A stretch of 64,000 bases of DNA from Clostridia bacterium (GCA_017461005.1 JAFTZU010000029.1:750-64749); one strand, 5' to 3'; positions 36,910-46,930 are shown, numbered from the stretch's first letter. The notes: generated by a model not told the origin, from the letters alone. Numbers and translations are program-made.

Positions 36910-37079
36910 ACTCAAATTGTTCGAAATGTTGTTCGGTTTTACGGGATTGCGTTATCGCGAATCAAAGTTTAACATGTGTAACTGTTGTTGCTTTTCTGAA
37001 ATCAGGCTGAAACCGCTGTTCGGACAAGCAAGTGTTATATGTATGTATCAATGAGTCGAAAGGCACCAGGAGGAATCGT

Positions 37080-37787
37080 ATGAAAACCTTAAGAAAACTT
37101 GTGGCTGCAGTGATGGTCGGCGTCATGACCGTCCTCGTATTTTCCAGTACGGCATTTGCCGCCAGTGAACAGTCCCGTTCGGACCGCAGCGTGGCAGTCG
37201 CCAAAAAGGCTGTGGAATCCATCGATACCGATGAACTGTACAACGGATCGATCGATGACCCCATCCTTGTTTATTATGCGTCTCAGCCCTTTACACAGCC
37301 GTTCACCGCGCTGAAGTGGGGCCTTGACCATAAAAAGCAGCAGGAACCGACCTACAAAGGCAGCATGCAGGACCTCACCTACGGTGTCGTTTCGAACCTT
37401 GGCGGTTTCTTCGCAAAACAGTATGTTTCCAAGACCCTTTCTACTCTGAAAGACGCATCTGCTGACATTGCTGACGGCCTCAAGAACGGTCCGGATCAGC
37501 TGGTCGGCAAAGTCGGGAAGAAGGTCCCGATCGTCAGTGAACTGTACACCCTCTCCGGACCTGCCGGCAAGATGACCCTCCAGGCCGTCCTGCTCCCGGG
37601 TTACCTCGCGACCAACGCCGGCGCCCTTGCCTTCGTCCTCATCGGCGGTGGTGCTGCTCTGGCCGTCATCTTCGGCCTGTCCGGCATCCTTTCTCCGCTG
37701 CTCGCGCTGAAGGAAGGTCCTCAGACCATCGATCAGTTCTTCCGTGACATGCATGAGATGGAAGTCGCGGTCGATGCCGCGAAATAA
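37080..37787 (+). CDS. Secreted/membrane-anchored protein, unknown function
   Basis: About 235 aa from ATG 37080 behind aggagg. Signal peptide ...SSTAFA/AS. Hydrophobic Gly/Ala-rich segment near the C-terminus. 18 nt upstream of SGNH paralog 2. Confidence 0.65.
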   Translation: MKTLRKLVAAVMVGVMTVLVFSSTAFAASEQSRSDRSVAVAKKAVESIDTDELYNGSIDDPILVYYASQPFTQPFTALKWGLDHKKQQEPTYKGSMQDLTYGVVSNLGGFFAKQYVSKTLSTLKDASADIADGLKNGPDQLVGKVGKKVPIVSELYTLSGPAGKMTLQAVLLPGYLATNAGALAFVLIGGGAALAVIFGLSGILSPLLALKEGPQTIDQFFRDMHEMEVAVDAAK

Positions 37788-37805
37788 GAGGGAGGAGAGA
37801 GTATC

Positions 37806-38840
37806 ATGAGAAAGAAACTCATCGCAGCACTGCTGCTCGTCGTTATGATCGTACCGCTCTTCAGCTTCACTGCTTTTGCGAAAGCTCCGAAGAACGTCAA
37901 AGTCGTCACCTCTCTCGGTGACAGTGCCAGCTCCGGTTTCGGCCTTCCGGATTACAACCGCCATGGAAAGCAGATCCTCTACGGCGAGCGCATCAAGGAC
38001 TCCTACCCGGACCTTGTCACCAGAGCGCTGGGCGCCAAGACTCTGCACCCCTACGGCATCTCGGGCATCCGCACCTATGACCTGCGGTTCATGCTCGACA
38101 ACAACTTCAAGGCGGACTACATCCTGAAAGACGTCATGGGTTACATGTCCGACTATGTCATCACCGAAAAGCATCTGAAGGAACTCCGCCCGAAATATCA
38201 GCAGGCCGTCAAAGAGTCGGATGTCATCCTGTTGGACATCGGTTTCGATGATATCTGGATCCCGACCATCGCCTGTGTCTATGACATCGCGGAAGACGGC
38301 CGCTTCAACAAGACGGAGCCCCGCAAGACCATCCAGACCAAAGTCAAGGAGATGGGCGCGGTCCGCACCATCATCGACAACGCCGTCCATTATCTCATCG
38401 GCTTTGCCGGCAACCCGCACAAGTGGGTCCATTACTGGCTCCAGTGGGACATCACCTGCCTCAAGTGGGCAACGGACTACTGGAAGAACTATGACGCCAT
38501 CGTCAAGCAGATCTACAAGCTGAACCCCGATGTCACTCTGATCTCGGTCGGCTGCTACAACCCGACGACCAACTGGAGCATCCTGCCCGGAGACCGTTCT
38601 CTGGAACATGCCCTCCAGCCTTACTATGACATCGTCAACGCGCAGAAACAGAAATGGGAAGCGTTCTACGACAACTACTACTATGTCGAACTGCGCAACA
38701 TCCCGATGATCAACAACACCGCCACCATCCCGCTGCTCGAGAACCTCACGCTGGATGACAAGGGCTTCAACCCCCATCCGACGCTGAAGGGCCATCGCAT
38801 GATCGCCAACGCGATCCTGGAGCGGATCGGCGCTAAATAA
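37806..38840 (+). CDS. Secreted SGNH/GDSL-family hydrolase, paralog 2
   Basis: 344 aa. Signal peptide ...SFTAFA/KA. LGDSASSGFGLPDY (block I). GFDDIW (block III). NPHPTLKGH (block V). Confidence 0.85.
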   Translation: MRKKLIAALLLVVMIVPLFSFTAFAKAPKNVKVVTSLGDSASSGFGLPDYNRHGKQILYGERIKDSYPDLVTRALGAKTLHPYGISGIRTYDLRFMLDNNFKADYILKDVMGYMSDYVITEKHLKELRPKYQQAVKESDVILLDIGFDDIWIPTIACVYDIAEDGRFNKTEPRKTIQTKVKEMGAVRTIIDNAVHYLIGFAGNPHKWVHYWLQWDITCLKWATDYWKNYDAIVKQIYKLNPDVTLISVGCYNPTTNWSILPGDRSLEHALQPYYDIVNAQKQKWEAFYDNYYYVELRNIPMINNTATIPLLENLTLDDKGFNPHPTLKGHRMIANAILERIGAK

Positions 38841-38953
38841 GGCTTTATTTGACCATAAAGTATACATACGGAGAAGGGGCTGCATGTCATGTGCAGCTCT
38901 TTCTTCTTTGTGTTATAATACCTTTTGACATTTTTCAGAGGAGGCGGGGCACC

Positions 38954-40345
38954 ATGGCAGACGCAGTACATCGCGAACGGACGGCGGAAGAACAGGCGCA
39001 GTACGACAAACTCGTCGGAACGCCCATCCCGAAACTCATCCCGAAGCTGGCGGTCCCCACGGTCCTCAGCATGATGATCACCATGCTGTACAACCTCGCC
39101 GACTCCTACTTCGTCGGCAAGCTCGGCACCAGTGCCAGCGCCTCCATCGGCATCGTCATGGCGGTCCTCGCCACGTACCAGGCCTTCGGGTTCCTGTTCG
39201 GTCACGGCGCCGGAGCGGTCATGAGCCGGCAATTGGGGAGAGGCGAGAAGGAGGAAGCGAGCCGGACGACTTCGACGGCGTTCTTCGCCACGGTCGTCAT
39301 CGGGTTCCTGCTCTCGGTCTTCGGCCTGGTGTTCGTCACGCCCCTCATGCGGCTCCTCGGCAGCACGGAGACCATCCTGCCCTACGCGGTGACTTACGCG
39401 CAGTGCATCTTCCTGTCAGGAACGTTCTTCTGCTCGAGCTGCGTCCTCAACAACGTCCTGCGGTACGAGGGAAGAGCCTTCTTCGCGATGATCGGCCTCG
39501 TCTCCGGCAGTGTCCTCAACATCTTCCTCGACCCGCTCTTCATCTTCGGGCTCGACCTGGGCATCCTCGGTGCAGGCCTCGCGACAGCTCTGTCCCAGAC
39601 CATTTCCTTCCTGCTCCTGCTGGGCGTTTTCCTGCGGGGAAAGACCATCAGCCACCTGTCCGTCAAAAACGTGGACCTCAAACATGCGGCGACCACGGTG
39701 CGCGTCCTTCGCAACGGTCTGCCGAGTCTTGTCCGGCAGCTGCTCGGCATGATCGGCACGACCGCTCTGAACATCGGTGCCCGTCCCTATGGCGATGCAG
39801 CCATTGCGGCCATGACCATCGACGGCAGGGTCTCCATGTTCCTGTTTTCTTTTGTCCTCGGCATCGGTCAGGGTTACCAGCCGGTCTCGGCTTACGGCCA
39901 CGGCGCCGGCAGAGACGACCGGGTCCGGGACGGCTACTGGTTCACGCTCTTCACGTCGGAAGCCGTCATCGGCGTTCTGGCAGTCCTCGCCATCGTGTTC
40001 GCGGAGCCCATCGTGGCGTTCTTCCGGGACGACCCGGAGGTCATCCGCATCGGCGCCGGCGCCATGAAGTTCTTCGGTATCGCCGCCTTCTTCCAGCCGA
40101 TGGCCGTCTGCACGAACATGATGTTCCAGTCGATCGGCGAGTCGCGCATCGCCACCTTCCTGTCGACCCTGCGCAGCGGGCTCTACTATGTCCCGATCCT
40201 GCTGATCCTGCCGCGATTCATCGGCCTCCTCGGCATCCAGAGCGCGGTCCTGTGGTCCGACATGCTGACGGCGCTGACCAGCCTCCCGTTCGCGTTGAAC
40301 TTCTTCCGGAAGCTGAGCCGGAGCGGAAAACTCAAAGACGCATAA
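38954..40345 (+). CDS. MATE-family efflux transporter
   Basis: About 463 aa from ATG 38954 (MADAVHRERT...). PKLAVPTVLSMMITMLYNLADSYFVGKLG is the typical MATE N-terminus. 12 TM-like segments. Confidence 0.88.
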   Translation: MADAVHRERTAEEQAQYDKLVGTPIPKLIPKLAVPTVLSMMITMLYNLADSYFVGKLGTSASASIGIVMAVLATYQAFGFLFGHGAGAVMSRQLGRGEKEEASRTTSTAFFATVVIGFLLSVFGLVFVTPLMRLLGSTETILPYAVTYAQCIFLSGTFFCSSCVLNNVLRYEGRAFFAMIGLVSGSVLNIFLDPLFIFGLDLGILGAGLATALSQTISFLLLLGVFLRGKTISHLSVKNVDLKHAATTVRVLRNGLPSLVRQLLGMIGTTALNIGARPYGDAAIAAMTIDGRVSMFLFSFVLGIGQGYQPVSAYGHGAGRDDRVRDGYWFTLFTSEAVIGVLAVLAIVFAEPIVAFFRDDPEVIRIGAGAMKFFGIAAFFQPMAVCTNMMFQSIGESRIATFLSTLRSGLYYVPILLILPRFIGLLGIQSAVLWSDMLTALTSLPFALNFFRKLSRSGKLKDA

Positions 40346-40346
40346 A

Positions 40347-40380
40347 AAGACCTCCGACATCGTCCGATGCCGGAGGTTTT
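40347..40380. terminator. Bidirectional terminator
   Basis: acctccgacatc / gatgccggaggt stem (one mismatch) followed by tttt. Confidence 0.75.
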
Positions 40381-40392
40381 CGGTTGTTTCTG

Positions 40393-41292
40393 TTATAAAA
40401 GACCGTTCTTCTTTAAGAAGTCGAGCGCCAGTTTCGCAGTCTCCTTGTCGCGGTTCTGCAGGAAGCAGTGACCGCCGAATTTGATCTTGTGGTCGTCGAA
40501 ACCGGTCGGTAGTGCCGCACGGAGAGCGGCAGACTTGGTCGGGAAGACGAACATGTCGGCGGTGCCGGTGACGAGCTGGACCGGGACCGTGATCTTGTGG
40601 AGCTCATCGAGGGACGGGCAGGTGGTCTTGGAAGTCATATAGCAGAGACCGGTGCCGCTGTCCTTGACGAGGTAGGGCGCCTTGAACTTCTTCGCGTCAT
40701 ATTTGAACGAATAGACGGGGTCCATGGTCATCGTGAGTTCGATGAACTTGAAGAGCCAGTCATAGGGCGCGAAGAGCGCCAGCGCCTTGTCCATGATGAC
40801 GCGCATGGGCTTGACCATGATGAACTTCGCGAGCCACGGCGGGACGTCGAACATCAGGAGCGGCGCGTTCAGGATGATCGCGTTGAACCGGCTGAAGTCT
40901 TCGTTCGCCATCTGCAGGGCAACGGAACCGCCCATGGAGTGGCCGACGAGGATCCAGCCGCTCTTGTCGGTGTCCAGCTGATCCATCAGCTCGTAGAGCA
41001 TGGGGATCTGGGGGACGAAGTTGATGCCTTTGGTCTCTCTCGTCGAGTACCCGAAGTCCGGAAGGTCGACGCGGACACATTTGATGCCGGCTTTGGTGTA
41101 CCGCTCCACCAGTTCGTCGAAGAAGGTCGTGTCACAGCCGAAGCCGTGGATCATGAACATCTTCGCTTTTTCGGCGCCTTTGGCCGGGTCGATGCGGTAG
41201 TGGAGGTCGTAATCGCCATACTTGAAATACTGGCTGTTGGCGAAGGGCTCTCCGGCCCGGAACGTCAATGTAATCTGTTCGGTTTTTGCCAT
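40393..41292 (-). CDS. Alpha/beta-fold hydrolase
   Basis: 299 aa. MIHGFGCD oxyanion region. Nucleophile elbow VGHSMGG. C-terminal GGHCF (His). Confidence 0.85.
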   Translation of the reverse strand: MAKTEQITLTFRAGEPFANSQYFKYGDYDLHYRIDPAKGAEKAKMFMIHGFGCDTTFFDELVERYTKAGIKCVRVDLPDFGYSTRETKGINFVPQIPMLYELMDQLDTDKSGWILVGHSMGGSVALQMANEDFSRFNAIILNAPLLMFDVPPWLAKFIMVKPMRVIMDKALALFAPYDWLFKFIELTMTMDPVYSFKYDAKKFKAPYLVKDSGTGLCYMTSKTTCPSLDELHKITVPVQLVTGTADMFVFPTKSAALRAALPTGFDDHKIKFGGHCFLQNRDKETAKLALDFLKKNGLL

Positions 41293-41436
41293 ATGGATCC
41301 ACCTTTCCTGTTTACTTTTTCACGATTTTTCCTATGGATTCATTATACAATCTTTATCTTTTGACTACAAATGCTAAATGAAAAAAGGTATAATAAAACT
41401 AATCAAATGTTATGAAAAAGGAAGGAGACTTTCAAC

Positions 41437-42375
41437 ATGAGTTCGTTCAAAGATCTTCGGATCGTCGACAACTTCTACCAGACCTCAGCATTCTACCCGA
41501 TGCCCACCGTGTGCATCACCACCGTCAACCCGGACGGCAGCATGAACGTTGGCTCCTACTCGCTGGTGTTCCCGTACTACATCGCCGGCAAGGACTACTA
41601 CGCCATGCTCCTCGAGTGCCGCAACAACTCCAACACCTGCCAGAACGTCCTGCGGACCGGCAAGCTCGCACTCAACTTCATCCCCGATGACAAGAAGACC
41701 TTCAAAGAGGCCGTTCGTCTCGGTTTCCCCGGCCCCTCCGAGGAGAAGATGAAGGACTGCAAGTTCAAGTTCGAAGACGGCCTGACCGACCCGAAGGACA
41801 AAGATCGCCCGAAGGTCATCTCCAGCGCCTTCCAGGTCATGGAGTGCACCTGGGACAGCTCCCTCGAAGACGGCGGCAAGTGGAAACCCGGTGAGATGGA
41901 CGGCTACGAAGGCCCGTACAACGACTTCAACGGCATCACTTCCAAGTTTGGCGCGCACTTCATCCTGAAGGTCGAGAAGATCCTCATGAAGCCGAAGTAC
42001 TACGATGCCATCGTCAATGGCGTCAAGGCGAAAGACTTCCCGCCGGTCCCCGTCGACTACGGTTACCGTGACTCCACCAACTTCTGGTACACCCCGTTCA
42101 AGGGCAGAAAAGCCATCAGTGAGCCCGTCCCGGCCCCGAAGGAGATCGACATCGACTCCATCAAGTACGCCGCCAACCGCTGCGACCCGGACATCAAGTT
42201 CACCGATGAGGCCCTCATGAACTTCGTCAAGGTCCCGCGCCCGTTCCTGAAGACCGTCCTCATGGGCTGTGTCGACTGGGCGAAGGAGAACAACGTCACG
42301 CTGATCACCGACGAACACGTCAAGATCATCAACGACAAGCGCAACGCCGAAAAACAGGCGAAGAAGAAAAAGTAA
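41437..42375 (+). CDS. Flavin-reductase-like (FMN-binding split-barrel) domain protein with a C-terminal extension
   Basis: 312 aa. N-terminal YPMPTVCITTVNPDGSMNVGSYSL...TCQNVLRTGKLALNF resembles the flavin reductase-like domain. The assignment is tentative. Confidence 0.55.
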   Translation: MSSFKDLRIVDNFYQTSAFYPMPTVCITTVNPDGSMNVGSYSLVFPYYIAGKDYYAMLLECRNNSNTCQNVLRTGKLALNFIPDDKKTFKEAVRLGFPGPSEEKMKDCKFKFEDGLTDPKDKDRPKVISSAFQVMECTWDSSLEDGGKWKPGEMDGYEGPYNDFNGITSKFGAHFILKVEKILMKPKYYDAIVNGVKAKDFPPVPVDYGYRDSTNFWYTPFKGRKAISEPVPAPKEIDIDSIKYAANRCDPDIKFTDEALMNFVKVPRPFLKTVLMGCVDWAKENNVTLITDEHVKIINDKRNAEKQAKKKK

Positions 42376-42470
42376 AGTTTTAGGTTATTTTTAACCACTT
42401 TCTTAACTTGCCTTTAAGTTCCTCTCTTACGATTGATGCAACATCAAATCGAAAAGAGAGGAACTTTTTT

Positions 42471-43934
42471 ATGAGTACCAGCGCATTTGGAAAGTCCGTT
42501 GCGGTCACGCTGGCCCTTGCCATGTCGGTGGCGATGTACGGGTGCAGCACGGCGAACGAGACCACAGAAACCACGACAGCGGCCGCTTCCGCGTCCCAGA
42601 CGACCGAGACGAAATACCTGACGAAGGATGACATCACGGTCAATGAGACGAAGGAAAACAGTGCTGACGGGGAACACGCCATCACCGCCGACGGCGAGAC
42701 GGCCTCCTATTCGGACCTGGCGGTCAAAAAGACCGGGAACTCCTCCGGCGACGAAGCGGACTTCTACGGTGAGAACGCGGCCGTCTTCGCGACCAACAAG
42801 GCGACCCTCGATCTGAAGGGCATCCTGGTCGAGACCGCCGGCGAACACGCCAACGCGGTCTTCAGCTACGGGGAAGGGACCACGGTCAACGTTTCTGACT
42901 CCGTCATCGAGACGACCGGCAACTGTTCCGGAGGTATCATGACCACCGGCGGCGCAACCATGAATGCCGAGAACCTGACCATCCATACGACGGGCAATTC
43001 CTCGGCTGCCATCCGCTCCGACCGCGGCGGCGGGACCGTGACCGTCAGCAAGGGCAGCTACACGACTGACGGCACCGGCTCTCCGGTCATCTACTCGACT
43101 GCGGACATCACGGTCTCTGACGCGAAGATGGAGTCCACTGCGTCCCAGGGCGTCGTCGTCGAGGGCAAGAACTCGGTCACCCTCAACAATGTCGACCTGA
43201 CCGCGAGCAACACGACCAAAAACAGCGACAAGTCCGACTACTACCAGGCGGTCATGATCTACCAGTCCATGTCCGGTGATGCCGACGAGGGCACCTCCTC
43301 GTTCGCGATGAACGGCGGCAAGCTCACCAACCAGAACGGAGACATCTTCTTCATCAACAATACGACCACGACCATCGACCTCTCGAAGGCGACGATCGTC
43401 AACAACGATGAGAACGGCATCTTCCTGCGGGCGGCCGCGGCCGGCTGGGGCAGTGAAGGCTCCAACGGCGGTCAGGTCACGCTGAACGCGTCCGCGCAGA
43501 CCATCGACGGCGATATGGTCGTCGACAAGGTCTCCACCCTGAACCTTCTCATGACCGACCGGTCCTCCTTCACCGGTGCCATCGATCCTGACGGCGCGGC
43601 AGGTGACGTCTATGTCGAACTGAAGAACGGTTCCACCTGGAAACTGACCGGCGACTCCTACGTCACGTCCCTGACCTGTGACGCCGACTCCATCGACCTG
43701 AACGGCCACAAGCTTTATGTGGACGGCAAGGAGTACACGGCGGGCACCGCCTCCACCGGCGAAAAAGTGACGGCGAAAGCCACGACCTCCTCGAAGGGGA
43801 AAGGCGGCTCCGGCAACGAGCACGGCACGCCTCCCGAAAAACCCGGCGAAGGCAGCGGCTCCGGCAGCGGCCACGCCAAGGGCTCACGCCCCTCCAAACC
43901 CGGCAGCAAGTCCTCGGACTCCTCCGCCGCGTAA
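42471..43934 (+). CDS. Lipoprotein with right-handed parallel beta-helix repeats and a low-complexity tail
   Basis: About 487 aa from ATG 42471. Lipobox VAMYG-C. Repeated about 22-aa units (..T.GN.S.A......T.V.V..S.I.T.G...). Tail KGKGGSGNEHGTPPEKPGEGSGSGSG. Confidence 0.75.
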   Translation: MSTSAFGKSVAVTLALAMSVAMYGCSTANETTETTTAAASASQTTETKYLTKDDITVNETKENSADGEHAITADGETASYSDLAVKKTGNSSGDEADFYGENAAVFATNKATLDLKGILVETAGEHANAVFSYGEGTTVNVSDSVIETTGNCSGGIMTTGGATMNAENLTIHTTGNSSAAIRSDRGGGTVTVSKGSYTTDGTGSPVIYSTADITVSDAKMESTASQGVVVEGKNSVTLNNVDLTASNTTKNSDKSDYYQAVMIYQSMSGDADEGTSSFAMNGGKLTNQNGDIFFINNTTTTIDLSKATIVNNDENGIFLRAAAAGWGSEGSNGGQVTLNASAQTIDGDMVVDKVSTLNLLMTDRSSFTGAIDPDGAAGDVYVELKNGSTWKLTGDSYVTSLTCDADSIDLNGHKLYVDGKEYTAGTASTGEKVTAKATTSSKGKGGSGNEHGTPPEKPGEGSGSGSGHAKGSRPSKPGSKSSDSSAA

Positions 43935-43944
43935 TAAAAGCAGA

Positions 43945-43979
43945 AAACCTCCGGCATCCGAGGATGCCGGAGGTCTTTT
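43945..43979. terminator. Bidirectional terminator (lipoprotein gene / glgA)
   Basis: acctccggcatc / gatgccggaggt perfect 12-bp stem followed by cttttg. An A-rich run lies on the other side. Confidence 0.8.
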
Positions 43980-43991
43980 GTGTTTGTGAGG

Positions 43992-45440
43992 TCAATCGCC
44001 CAGGACTCTGTGGTAGAGGGCGATGTAATCCTTGGCCGAGGCGTTCCAGGAGTGGTCGGTCTCCATGGCGCGCCGGACCATGGCGTCCCAGTTGTCCCGC
44101 TCGGTGAAGTATAGGGTCTTCGCGTAATTGACTGCGTTCAGGAGCAGGTCGGCACGGTACTGGTCGAAGGAGAAGCCGTTGCCGGAGCCGTCGGTCCAGT
44201 TGTAGGCCTGGACGGTGTCCTTGAGGCCGCCGGTCTCCCGAACGATCGGGATGGAGCCGTAGCGGAAGGAGATGAGCTGAGTGAGGCCGCAGGGCTCGAA
44301 CCGGGAGGGGACGAGGAAGGCGTCCGCCGCCGCGTAGACCTTGTGTGCCCGTTCGTCGGAGTACATGATGTTCGAAGAGACGGTGCCCTTGTGCTCGTTC
44401 TCGAAGTACCGGAACATGTCCTCGTACCGGGGCTCGCCGGTGCCGATGAGCACGAACTGGGTGTTGCCGTCGATGAACTGCTCGAAGATGGGGGCGATGA
44501 GGTCGAGGCCCTTCTGGTCGGTGAGACGGGAGATGAGGGCGATCATGAACTTGGAGTCGTCCACTTCGAGGCCCAGTTCCTCCTGAAGCGCTCTCTTGTT
44601 GGCTTTCTTGCCCTCGATGACGCTGTTCACGTCGAACTTCTGCGCGATCTTTTCGTCGGTGGCAGGGTTCCAGATGTCATAGTCGATGCCGTTGACGATG
44701 CCGCAGAGCTTCATGTGGTGGTACCGGATGACCGGGTCGAGGTACTCGCCGTACTCCGCCGTCTTGATCTCACCGGCATAGGTGTTGGAGACGGTCGAGA
44801 TGATGTCCGAGTAGACGAGGGCGCCCTTCAGCATGTTGGCGTCGTCGTTGATCTCGAGCTGGTCCGGCGTGAAGACGTAGTCCGGCAGGCCGGAAAGGTA
44901 TTTGATGAGGCCGAGCTCATGCTGGCCCTGGAATTTGAGGTTGTGGACCGTGATGATGGTCTTGGCGTTCTGGCCGACCCAGCTGTCGCGGAACAGCGTG
45001 TGGAGGTAGACCGGGACGAGGCCCGCCTGCCAGTCGTGGCAGTGGATGACTTCCGGCTCGAACCCGATGACCGGAAGGGCCGCGAGGACCGCCTTATCGA
45101 AGAAGATGAACTTCCCGAGGTCTTCCGCCATGCTGGTGTAGGGGTTGCCGTTGGAGAAATACTCTTCGTTGTCGATGAAGTAGTAGACGACGCCGTCCTG
45201 TTCGAGTTTCATGACGCCGACATACTTCATGATGCCCGCGCTCGTGATGTCCATGTCGAAGTGACAGACATACTCCATGCGCTCTTTATACTGGTCCGGG
45301 ATGCAGGCATACTTCGGCATCATGACGCGGACGTCGACGCCTTCCGCAGCCAGTGCTTTCGGCAGGGCGCTCATGACGTCGCCGAGGCCGCCCGTTTTCG
45401 CGAAGGGATAGCATTCGGAACCGACAAACAATACTTTCAT
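43992..45440 (-). CDS. glgA: Glycogen synthase (ADP-glucose type)
   Basis: MKVLFVGSECYPFAKTGGLGDVMSALPKAL N-terminus. ATG 45440 with aaaggag 9 nt upstream is preferred over the TTG at 45449. Confidence 0.95.
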   Translation of the reverse strand: MKVLFVGSECYPFAKTGGLGDVMSALPKALAAEGVDVRVMMPKYACIPDQYKERMEYVCHFDMDITSAGIMKYVGVMKLEQDGVVYYFIDNEEYFSNGNPYTSMAEDLGKFIFFDKAVLAALPVIGFEPEVIHCHDWQAGLVPVYLHTLFRDSWVGQNAKTIITVHNLKFQGQHELGLIKYLSGLPDYVFTPDQLEINDDANMLKGALVYSDIISTVSNTYAGEIKTAEYGEYLDPVIRYHHMKLCGIVNGIDYDIWNPATDEKIAQKFDVNSVIEGKKANKRALQEELGLEVDDSKFMIALISRLTDQKGLDLIAPIFEQFIDGNTQFVLIGTGEPRYEDMFRYFENEHKGTVSSNIMYSDERAHKVYAAADAFLVPSRFEPCGLTQLISFRYGSIPIVRETGGLKDTVQAYNWTDGSGNGFSFDQYRADLLLNAVNYAKTLYFTERDNWDAMVRRAMETDHSWNASAKDYIALYHRVLGD

Positions 45441-45547
45441 GGAAAACAACTCCTTTTCATCTTATTTTCCAAAACAATCTGTTTTCAGTATACCATGTGA
45501 AAAGCAAAAAAACACCGTCCTTCCATACTTTTTTCAAAGGCCGTCGG

Positions 45548-45576
45548 TTGCGATGTGTCCTGTGGCGATTTATAAT
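45548..45576 (+). promoter_or_regulatory. sigma70-type promoter for the amidohydrolase gene
   Basis: TTGCGA (45548-45553), 17-nt spacer, TATAAT (45571-45576). Confidence 0.65.
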
Positions 45577-45628
45577 CTATAAGTAATACGAAAGCGGCGA
45601 AGTACATCGCCAAAGAAAGGGAAACGCT

Positions 45629-46930
45629 ATGAAGAAGACAGCTTATGTGAACGGCTACATCCTCGACGGCAGCATCGATATGCAGCCGGTCGCGGGGAAG
45701 GCGATCATCGTCGATGGCGAGACCATCGAAGCGATCGTTCCCGAGAAGGACATCAAAAAGAAGAAGTACAAGGTCGTGGACCTGAAGGGCTCGTACATCA
45801 TGCCCGGTCTCATCAACCTGCACGCCCATCTGCCGACGGGCGGCAAAGCGCCGAAGAGCGACAAGAAGACCAACTACAAGGCTCTGTCTCCGCTCGTCAA
45901 GATGGTCGACTGGAACCCGGTCCTGCGGCTCGTGTTCGTCCTCATCCAGAAACCCCATGTCAAACAGGAACTGTTCAGCGGCGTCACCACATTACGTGCG
46001 GTCGGCGGTGTCTCGGACATCGACGGCGTCATGAAACGGAAGATCGACAACGGGGAGATCTTAGGCCCCCGTCTGCTCGTCGCGAACACCGGCGTCTCGG
46101 TCCCGAACGGCCACTTCGCGGGCGTCCTTGCCACCGAGGCGGAGACCCCGGAGATGGCGAGAGAACACGTCCGGAAGATCCTCAAGACCAAACCGGACCT
46201 CATCAAGCTGATGATCACCGGCGGCGTCATGGACGCGGAAGTCGTCGGCGAGCCGGGCATCCTGCGGATGTCTCCGGAGATCGTCGCCGCAGCCTGTGAC
46301 GAGGCCCACAAAGCCGGCCTCATGGTCGCGGCCCACGTCGAGAGCCCGGAAGGCGTCCGCGTCGCTCTGGAAAACGGCGTCGACAGCATCGAGCACGGCG
46401 CCACTCCGGACGACGAGATCCTCCGCCTCTTCAAAGAGCGCGGCGCCATCGACATCTGCACCATTTCTCCGGCGGCACCTTATTGCCTGTTCCCGGAGGA
46501 GATCAGCCATGCCGGTGACGACGCCCGCATCAACGGCAAAGTCGTCATGGACGGCATCATCGACTGTGCCAAAGCCTGTCTCGAGAACGACATCCCCGTC
46601 GGCCTAGGCACGGACACCGGCTGCCCCTTCATCAACAACTATGGCATGTGGAGAGAACTCTACTACTTCACGAAGTATGTGGGCGTCTCCAATCAGTTTG
46701 CCCTCTATACCGCAACGAAACGCAACGCGGAACTCGTCCACATCGATGACATCACCGGTACCATCGAGCCCGGCAAGAGCGCCGACATGATCGTCTGCAG
46801 GAAGAACCCCCTCGACGACGTCAAAGTCCTGCGCGACCTCGAGATGGTCGTCTTCCGAGGCAAGCTCTACACGGACCTCCGCTTCAAGAAAGACACCTTC
46901 GTCGAAGACGCGCTCGACACGCTTCTGTAA
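45629..46930 (+). CDS. Amidohydrolase-family metal-dependent hydrolase
   Basis: 433 aa. GSYIMPGLINLHAHL (HxH metal site). AAHVES, IEHG, GLGTDTG motifs. Confidence 0.85.
   Translation: MKKTAYVNGYILDGSIDMQPVAGKAIIVDGETIEAIVPEKDIKKKKYKVVDLKGSYIMPGLINLHAHLPTGGKAPKSDKKTNYKALSPLVKMVDWNPVLRLVFVLIQKPHVKQELFSGVTTLRAVGGVSDIDGVMKRKIDNGEILGPRLLVANTGVSVPNGHFAGVLATEAETPEMAREHVRKILKTKPDLIKLMITGGVMDAEVVGEPGILRMSPEIVAAACDEAHKAGLMVAAHVESPEGVRVALENGVDSIEHGATPDDEILRLFKERGAIDICTISPAAPYCLFPEEISHAGDDARINGKVVMDGIIDCAKACLENDIPVGLGTDTGCPFINNYGMWRELYYFTKYVGVSNQFALYTATKRNAELVHIDDITGTIEPGKSADMIVCRKNPLDDVKVLRDLEMVVFRGKLYTDLRFKKDTFVEDALDTLL

Noticed and set aside
36768-37010. 80-aa Cys/Asn-rich ORF in the 36738-37079 intergenic region
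   Set aside because: It has no RBS and atypical codon usage. It spans the long terminator hairpin and the T9 tract. It is most likely non-coding.
40347-43979. The two terminators at 40347-40380 and 43945-43979 share nearly identical stem arms (acctccg[a/g]catc ... gatgccggaggt)
   Set aside because: It could hint at a dispersed terminator module. However, it is only about 12 nt of GC-rich palindrome seen in two copies, and the loops and flanks differ. This is insufficient to call a repeat family without a genome-wide count.
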